Made by a program: the position numbers and the translations under genes
Part shown: piece after piece, positions 25,526-31,263 of the stretch
How positions within the stretch are numbered: the stretch's first letter is position 1
Layout: every line of letters begins with the position of its first letter
IMG/VR virus record: IMGVR_UViG_3300005529_000389
Span: 1-31,263 of that record
Strand: one strand, 5' to 3'
Length of the DNA: 31,263 bases
Source: a virus
Lineage: Duplodnaviria > Caudoviricetes
The notes under the pieces: generated by a model
Seen by the model: only the letters and a program-made list of their open reading frames with translations
The model's database searches: none
What the model was told of the DNA's origin: nothing

Positions 25526-25713
25526 CGTGTCACCTCCACGGCTTCGCCGTTGAAAACGATGTCCGGCTTGAATGTGTCGCCGAAGAGCTGCAGGTCGTCC
25601 GGGCGATATCGCTCGTGCAGCACGCGGCTCTCTGCTTCCGCGGCGCTCTGCGCCTCGATCTCTACGGACGCGAAGACATAGATTCCGACGTTGACTTTGA
25701 ATTTGCGGCTCAT
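25522..25713 (-). CDS. Hypothetical protein
   Basis: MSRKFKVNVGIYVFASVEIEAQSAAEAESRV..., ATGA overlap with the MuB stop. Confidence 0.6.
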   Translation of the reverse strand: MSRKFKVNVGIYVFASVEIEAQSAAEAESRVLHERYRPDDLQLFGDTFKPDIVFNGEAVEVTR

Positions 25714-26756
25714 CGTGCGTCTCCCTTCGGTGCGCGCATCATTTGCTCGACGGCAATGCACGCGCTCTCGACCTCGCCATATTCCTTTGGCGATTCATCG
25801 ACAAGGCGATCGAGCACGCGCCCGATGAGGTCGTAGCGCCCGAAATTATTCGCGTGCCGCGCGATGATGCGGCAGCTCTCCTCGGACGTGCCGTTGAGGT
25901 TCACCTTGCGCATCTCGACGAACTTCAGCACGTCGCCCGGATGAATGAGCGTGAGCTCCTCGACATGATCGATGCGCCGCACGACCGCGAGCGACTCGAT
26001 CCACGCGGCGTTTTGCACGCGATTCCAGAGCTGCGGAATCGCGGTGATGAGCACGATCGTAGGAGTGTGGTTAAGGATCAGCTTGATCAGCGAAAGCGAG
26101 CACTTGCCGAAGTATTCGCCCTCGTCAAAAGCCAGGATGCCTTTGCGCTTGTTTAACTCCGTAATCAACGCCTGCTCCGCCTCGCGGCTGTTGCGCGGCG
26201 GGCGCCCGTCGTATTTCGCGCCGACTTTCAGGCAGGTATCGAGGATCGCGGCGAAGTAGCTGTCGCGCCAGCTCTCGCGGCATTCGACGATCGTGCCGCC
26301 TTCGCGCGCGATCGCCTCGCGACAGAGCGCGGTTTTGCCGCCGCCGTTCGGTGCTAGATACATCAGCCCGCGGTTCTGTGTCTCGCCCTCGAGGAGGATT
26401 TTGATCCGGTTGAAGATCGTCTCGAAATGCGTGAACTCGATGAACCGCGTGCCGGCGCGGATTTTTGAAGCGAGCACCTTCCGCTCCTTGATCCGGCGCA
26501 GCATCGCCTCGCACGCGACAAGGACTTCCGCCATGTCGCCGGGGTAAAAATGCTTGCCGTAGTTCGGGCTCTTCGGGTCGGCATTGATCCAGCGCCGCAC
26601 GCGGCCCCAGACGTTGTCGCTGTAGGCGAAATTATATTCGCGGCAGAATTTCGCGTCGCTCATGTCGCCCTGCTCGGCGATCAGATCGGCGATCACCTGT
26701 GGCATCGGCATCAGCTCCGGCGGCGGCGCGGTTTCAGTTGTGTTTTTTTCAGTCAT
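25710..26756 (-). CDS. MuB-like AAA+ transposition ATPase
   Basis: Walker A APNGGGKT, Walker B ILAFDEGE; follows the transposase. Confidence 0.9.
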   Translation of the reverse strand: MTEKNTTETAPPPELMPMPQVIADLIAEQGDMSDAKFCREYNFAYSDNVWGRVRRWINADPKSPNYGKHFYPGDMAEVLVACEAMLRRIKERKVLASKIRAGTRFIEFTHFETIFNRIKILLEGETQNRGLMYLAPNGGGKTALCREAIAREGGTIVECRESWRDSYFAAILDTCLKVGAKYDGRPPRNSREAEQALITELNKRKGILAFDEGEYFGKCSLSLIKLILNHTPTIVLITAIPQLWNRVQNAAWIESLAVVRRIDHVEELTLIHPGDVLKFVEMRKVNLNGTSEESCRIIARHANNFGRYDLIGRVLDRLVDESPKEYGEVESACIAVEQMMRAPKGDAR

Positions 26757-26789
26757 GTGTTTTTGGTGTGGGTTGTCAGTTAGTTGTGT

Positions 26790-28931
26790 TTAAGCCCATC
26801 CGGCGTCTTCAGCGCCGGATGGGCTTTTTCCGCTTTTGGTGGAAAGTTTTTTGAGCTGCTTTGCGCTCAGTTCGCGTGCGGCCTGCGAGCCGCTGATCTC
26901 GCGGCGCTTCACGGTCTGCCGCTTCGCGCCGGCGATCGCGGTGTTCACCGCGGCGGCAGTCGGGCCGGCCTCGATCGCGTTGACCGGTGCGACCTCGATC
27001 GCGTTGTCGCGGGCGAGCACTTCGAGGTTGTGCTCGATGTCCGCCTCGCGCAGTTCGCGCTCGAGCGGCTGCCGGCGATTCACGCGCGCGAGCGCATCGT
27101 TTAACATGCGCTGCTTCTGCTCGATCGCGGCGCTGCCGGCCGCGCGATCTTTGCGGCTGATGCCGTGTGTGCGCCAGAGCTGCCCGATGTAACGGCCTTT
27201 GCCGTCCGTCAAAAAAATGCACTGCTGCGCGGCGTCGGTGTAGCCGTCGCGCGGATCCGCGGCGAGCGCTGCGCCGTCGAAATAGGCGAGGTATTTCTCG
27301 CGCTGCTCGAGCTGCGCGAGTGTCTCGCGGTTTGCCGGCGTATAGGGCGAGAAAAGGTAATCCTTCCCCTCGTGCCTGAATTTGATTTCGCCATTTTCAA
27401 AACGGGCAAGCGCCTGCTCCTCGAGCAGCACCGGCACGGCCGTCGCGTGGAGCTGGTAAAAGCGGACGCCGGCGCGCAACCGGTTCCAGCGCTCGATCGG
27501 TTGTTCCCTCCGCTTGTTTGTCAAAACATGTTCGCGCACGGCCGGCGGCACCGCGAGCAGCTCGGCGTAGGGACGCCATTGCTCGTGCGGGGTGAGGCGC
27601 CACTCGAGCACGTCCTCAAAATCCTTGATCCGGTGATCGGTGCGGCTGTTTAAACGCGCGAAGATTTCCGCCACGGCCGCGGATGCCTGCTCGAGGTTGA
27701 AATACGGCATCCGAAATTCGCGGGCGAGATTCGCCGGCAGCCGGCGTTGTGCCTCGACGAGCGCGCGGAGCTCGATAGAGCGTCCGTGCGCTTCCTGTGG
27801 CGCGACGTCGTAACGCCGGCCGGTTTGTCCAGGCAGCGTCGCGGCCTCGTTGTGGACGCTGTTAAAAAATGTTTCGACCCATGATTTGCCGCGGCTGTTG
27901 CCGATTGCGCGGTCCTTGAAACCGCCCTCGTAAACCGTGCCGCGCAGCATGCTCGTGTGCGCGATTTTTACGTGTCCATCGGTTTGCTCGAAAACCGCCT
28001 GCGCAAAGTTCTCGCCCACTGTCGCCGTTCCGTTTTCGAGCAAAAACGTCATGCCATATTCCGGATAGCCGTAGGTGAGAAGGTAGCGGACGATCAGCGC
28101 CTTCATGTCGCGCAGCTTGATGCGATCGACCGAGCCATCAGGCCGCGGGAGCGACGGGCGCAACCCGAAGCCGACGCCGAGCTCGCAGCCGATCTCGAGC
28201 GCGACCAGGCCGACGACGTCGACGGGGCGATTCACGCCGTCGCAATGGACCTGGAAATCGAGCTTCACGTCATCGATCGTCACAAACTCGCCGGCGCGCA
28301 GGTCGCGGCGCGTGCCCGGAATCGCCGGTAATTTCGCAAGGCCGGCGGCGATGCCCTGCCGCGCGAGGTCGAGATCGACGCCGGCGGTGCGTTTGCGCAC
28401 GTAGCGCATGATGTTTTCATACGTCCAGCCGCGCGGGAGATCGGGCGGGCAGATCGCCGGCACCGGTTGTGTCGGGTAGGTGCGCTGAAACCATTCCTGC
28501 CATGTGCCGTAGCCGGGCACCGGCTTGCCGGCGCGCCAGTGCTCGCGGATCATCGTGCGCACGGCCGGCTTGCATTTGCGCTTGTTGCCCTGGCAAAGGC
28601 CGATCACGAAATCGAGGAACTCATCGTCGAGGCTGGTGCGTTCCTCCGGCGCCTTCGCGAGATCCACCAGCGCGGACCAGTGCCGGCCGGCGCGCAGCCA
28701 TTTGTAATACTTCCGGTAAAGGCTGTCCGCCGAGCAACCGCGCCGGCCGTGCAGCGACGCTGCAATCTCCGTGCAGGCCGGTTTCACCTTTCGTGCAGAG
28801 GCGATGAAGATCATCGCGCGCTCGAGCAGGTCGACCTCGATCTTCACCGCGTCCGGCAGCCGCGCGCGCTTGAGGCGGTCGGCATCGGTTCGGGCGACGG
28901 GTGAGCTTTCGAGGATGGCAAGTGCCTGCAT
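26790..28931 (-). CDS. MuA-like DDE transposase
   Basis: 713 aa; N-terminal HTH (SADSLYRKYYKW...WSALVD), FVTIDDVKLD, LLENG, NSRGKSWVETFFN. Confidence 0.88.
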   Translation of the reverse strand: MQALAILESSPVARTDADRLKRARLPDAVKIEVDLLERAMIFIASARKVKPACTEIAASLHGRRGCSADSLYRKYYKWLRAGRHWSALVDLAKAPEERTSLDDEFLDFVIGLCQGNKRKCKPAVRTMIREHWRAGKPVPGYGTWQEWFQRTYPTQPVPAICPPDLPRGWTYENIMRYVRKRTAGVDLDLARQGIAAGLAKLPAIPGTRRDLRAGEFVTIDDVKLDFQVHCDGVNRPVDVVGLVALEIGCELGVGFGLRPSLPRPDGSVDRIKLRDMKALIVRYLLTYGYPEYGMTFLLENGTATVGENFAQAVFEQTDGHVKIAHTSMLRGTVYEGGFKDRAIGNSRGKSWVETFFNSVHNEAATLPGQTGRRYDVAPQEAHGRSIELRALVEAQRRLPANLAREFRMPYFNLEQASAAVAEIFARLNSRTDHRIKDFEDVLEWRLTPHEQWRPYAELLAVPPAVREHVLTNKRREQPIERWNRLRAGVRFYQLHATAVPVLLEEQALARFENGEIKFRHEGKDYLFSPYTPANRETLAQLEQREKYLAYFDGAALAADPRDGYTDAAQQCIFLTDGKGRYIGQLWRTHGISRKDRAAGSAAIEQKQRMLNDALARVNRRQPLERELREADIEHNLEVLARDNAIEVAPVNAIEAGPTAAAVNTAIAGAKRQTVKRREISGSQAARELSAKQLKKLSTKSGKSPSGAEDAGWA

Positions 28932-28934
28932 CGG

Positions 28935-29639
28935 TTAGCGTCCTTTCAGCGACTCGCGGATTTCGTTGGTGACGGTGACGAGCTCGTCGAGCAGGTCCTG
29001 CCGATCGCGCTTCGGCAGCTTGGTCCAGATCTTCGCCTGGATGAGATGAATGCGGACCTGCGCCTTGATGTCGGTAACGACACGCACGATGTCTTCGAAC
29101 TCGAGCTGCGCCTCTTTTTCGGGATCAACCGGATGCCGGTCGTGAAATTGCTCGTGGTTTGGCTTTTCGCGAACGATGCCGCAATCCACGTAGATTTGAT
29201 AAAGGCCGCGGTTGCCGACCCATCGCGCGATTTCTTTCGCAATCACGCAATTTAGGACGGCGACGGTTGGGATTTTTGGATCCTGGTCTCCTCCCTTGAG
29301 GAAGCCGGATTTAACGATGTCGTGTTCCTTTATTTTGGTTGCGATCAGGAAAGCGGTCGCAACGCTCATGTAGCGCTGAATTGAGCGAATCGCACCGTCT
29401 CGCGACTCGGCCTCGATGCCTGAGTGAACAACGTCACTGCGAAGCCAATCCAAAAACTTGCCGTGCGGTAGTGAGTCGCGCGCGATCAGGCAGAAAAAAC
29501 CACAACGGAGGGACTCGTAAACACGCCAGCGCTTGTGCCTTTGCGCGGCGTTAAATGACGAGTGGATATGTTGAACAATGTTGTCAAATACGACAGTGCT
29601 GTCGTTTTTGGGAAATTTGATGACGCGGGGTTTTTTCAT
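28935..29639 (-). CDS. DUF3102-like protein
   Basis: GFFCLIARDSLPHGKFLDWL...RSIQRYMSVA matches the DUF3102 pattern common upstream of Mu-like transposases. Confidence 0.65.
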   Translation of the reverse strand: MKKPRVIKFPKNDSTVVFDNIVQHIHSSFNAAQRHKRWRVYESLRCGFFCLIARDSLPHGKFLDWLRSDVVHSGIEAESRDGAIRSIQRYMSVATAFLIATKIKEHDIVKSGFLKGGDQDPKIPTVAVLNCVIAKEIARWVGNRGLYQIYVDCGIVREKPNHEQFHDRHPVDPEKEAQLEFEDIVRVVTDIKAQVRIHLIQAKIWTKLPKRDRQDLLDELVTVTNEIRESLKGR

Positions 29640-29962
29640 GATTCCAGAAGTTGCTGCGCGAGTTGCCGGCGCATGGCGGGTGAGAGTGTTTTCGCGAGAT
29701 CGGCGAGGCGGCGCGCGAAATCGGCCGGCTCATAGCTGGCGGTTTCAAGGTGGTAGAGCACTACCGAGCGACGTGTGACCCGCAGGAACGTCCGTTCCTT
29801 GCTCCCCTGCCGGTGGCTCTCGAGTTTCCCCTCGATCACGAGGTCGTAAACGAAGTCCTTCGAGCGATCAAGCGATGCGCTCACTTCCTCCGGTCGCATC
29901 AGTTCCTTCCGTGTCGGGACGAGAAAGTCGAAGTCGGCCTGCTCGGTGCGCGCAGTGATCAT
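29636..29962 (-). CDS. Excisionase-like (HTH_17-type) DNA-binding protein
   Basis: LMRPEEVSASLDRSKDFVYDLVIEGKLESHR...RVTRRSV. Confidence 0.7.
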   Translation of the reverse strand: MITARTEQADFDFLVPTRKELMRPEEVSASLDRSKDFVYDLVIEGKLESHRQGSKERTFLRVTRRSVVLYHLETASYEPADFARRLADLAKTLSPAMRRQLAQQLLES

Positions 29963-30189
29963 TCTTTTACCTCCCAGAGTTTGCGCTGCGCGGAGGCGAT
30001 GAGCTCGAGCTGCGCGTCACCGGTGGAAATTTGGATATAGGCGCCGCGAACTGCCTCCAGTGCCTCATGCTCGCCGCCGATCAGTAGTGCGCCACGGAGC
30101 ATGCCGACCGCTTCACGCAAAGGCAGCGCGCGGGCCCGCTCGATCAATTCGGCGACGAAAAGTGCCTGGCATTCCGCTTCGCTCATCAT
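29959..30189 (-). CDS. Hypothetical protein
   Basis: MMSEAECQALFVAELIERARAL..., start overlaps the cro stop. Confidence 0.6.
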   Translation of the reverse strand: MMSEAECQALFVAELIERARALPLREAVGMLRGALLIGGEHEALEAVRGAYIQISTGDAQLELIASAQRKLWEVKE

Positions 30190-30359
30190 ACGCCTGCCGC
30201 CTCCAGCTTTTTTGCGACGCCGGGGCACTTACCCTTGATCGTAAGTCGAATTGCCTCGTCGCTGACGCCGAGCTCACGGGTGCATTGAGCGATACTGCCG
30301 TATCGCAGAATGATTTTTGCCTTGCGTTCGCGCCATGTTTGGGTTTTTGATTTCGCCAT
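30186..30359 (-). CDS. Cro/Ner-like HTH regulator
   Basis: 57 aa MAKSKTQTWRERKAKIILRYGSIAQCTRELGVSDEAIRLTIKGK...; divergent from the repressor. Confidence 0.8.
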   Translation of the reverse strand: MAKSKTQTWRERKAKIILRYGSIAQCTRELGVSDEAIRLTIKGKCPGVAKKLEAAGV

Positions 30360-30431
30360 GTTTGGAATTTGGCAACTGCCAATCTTGGATGAAGTAAACC
30401 AAATTTGGAAAACCACGCAAGCCAAATTTGG
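30333..30431. promoter_or_regulatory. Operator array, five CCA-N4-TGG palindromes
   Basis: CCATGTTTGG 30333 and 30356, CCAATCTTGG 30379, CCAAATTTGG 30399 and 30422, in and between cro and repressor. Confidence 0.8.
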
Positions 30432-30452
30432 AACTTTTTTTGAGGAGCTATT

Positions 30453-31263
30453 TTGACGGCAAAAGAGCTCATCGACGGCGTGCTCCTTGCACAGGGATTT
30501 TCCCTCGATCAGCTCGGTGAGAGGATTGGCTACGAGGTGCGGACGCTCAAGCGGGTGCAGAGCGGGGAAGTTCCATTGAGTGAAAAACTGAGGCGGCGGC
30601 TGGAAAATTTGGCAAACGAGAGTTCCATGTTTGGAAAAGTCGGCGATCTGCGCGAGGCGCTGGAAAAAATGATCGGCGAGGCCGGGATCACTCCGGAGGA
30701 AGCTGCGGCACGTGCAAAAATTCCCTGGGCTGAGATGCAGGATGTTCTCGCCGGCAAAAAACCGGTTGAGCGGCGGGTGCTTTACCGCGTGCAACGCAGC
30801 CTGGCAAACACGTCGGACATATTACAACCTGCGGCACCGAGAGTGTTCGATGCAATCCGTTACGATGAGAAGAGAGAGAACCGTGTGCGTCATATCCCGC
30901 TGCTCGGTTGGGCGCAGGCCGGGCACGTGATCGATTTTGAAGAGGTTCGGGATTGGGAGAATTTCGTGACGACCGAGATCGACGATCCGAAGGCGATCGC
31001 GGTTTGCATCCGCGGCGATTCGATGAGCCCGCGGTTTAACGAGGGAGATATTGCCGTCCTGAGCTGCAGCTCGAAGCCGGTGAACGAAAAATTCGTGATC
31101 GCCAGGCTAAAAGACGAGGGCGTCGTGTTCAAAAAATTTCAAATCGTCGATCCTGATAAGCGGCTGTTTCGCCTGATCAGTCTCAACCCGCTCTATGCGC
31201 CGATCGAGCGCCGCGAAGAGCAGTTCCTGTGGATCTATCCGGTCCGGCAGGTCATTCAGCAAC
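30453..31263 (+). CDS. CI/LexA-like repressor: two XRE-type HTH domains plus S24 peptidase (3' truncated; missed by ORF track)
   Basis: GAGGAG RBS then TTG 30453: MTAKELIDG..SLDQLGERIGYEVRTLKRVQSG, ..ITPEEAAARAKIPWAEMQDVLAGK, IPLLGWAQAG, IRGDSMSP, VFKK, LISLNPLY. Confidence 0.9.
   Translation, partial: MTAKELIDGVLLAQGFSLDQLGERIGYEVRTLKRVQSGEVPLSEKLRRRLENLANESSMFGKVGDLREALEKMIGEAGITPEEAAARAKIPWAEMQDVLAGKKPVERRVLYRVQRSLANTSDILQPAAPRVFDAIRYDEKRENRVRHIPLLGWAQAGHVIDFEEVRDWENFVTTEIDDPKAIAVCIRGDSMSPRFNEGDIAVLSCSSKPVNEKFVIARLKDEGVVFKKFQIVDPDKRLFRLISLNPLYAPIERREEQFLWIYPVRQVIQQ

Larger units (their letters stand above)
1..31263 (-). mobile_element. Mu-like transposable prophage (siphovirus-type tail), internal part; ends not in window
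   Basis: Repressor/cro, DDE transposase and AAA ATPase, gam, gemA-like, then lysis, Mu gp26/27/28/29/30/G-like genes, capsid, gp36-like, tail tube, chaperone and tape measure in Mu-like order. No sheath gene seen. Confidence 0.95.

Noticed and set aside
24993-29962. Integrase/excisionase site-specific recombination module
   Set aside because: Only small DNA-binding-like domains are present, with no tyrosine or serine recombinase catalytic domain. MuA/MuB explain integration.
30333-30431. CRISPR-like mini-array
   Set aside because: The repeats are only 10 bp with 10-13 bp gaps and lie at a divergent repressor/cro junction, so they fit operators. No cas genes are present.
1-31263. Mu-type ends (TG...CA), gin invertase, mom, tRNA or rRNA genes
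   Set aside because: None was recognised. The window begins inside the tape measure gene and ends inside the repressor gene, so the ends and distal modules lie outside it.

Overview
The whole window is the interior of a Mu-like (transposable) prophage with a non-contractile, siphovirus-type tail. Neither prophage end is visible. Almost all genes lie on the minus strand. Read right to left, the order is: a divergent CI-like repressor (two HTH domains plus an S24 peptidase, truncated by the window) and a Cro/Ner-like gene around an operator array; an early operon (DUF3102-like protein, MuA-like transposase, MuB-like ATPase, Gam, GemA-like, DUF2786 and many small coupled ORFs); a probable late activator; a lysis cassette (holin-like protein, two lipoproteins, a GH75 chitosanase-like hydrolase); terminases, portal, a MuF-ADP-ribosyltransferase fusion, scaffold, capsid and connector; tail tube, fibre/spike genes, a frameshifting tail chaperone and the start of the tape measure gene. 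The most unusual signals are: (1) three virion-module fibre/spike proteins with classical Sec signal peptides cleaving before QV, plus hydrophobic leaders on capsid and terminase and no recognisable prohead protease; (2) an early gene containing a 60-bp, 55/60-identical, in-frame copy of part of the terminase ATPase; (3) GH75 in the endolysin slot; (4) twin late promoters built on 3x9-bp repeats. All family calls come from motif recognition and synteny by eye, with no database searches.
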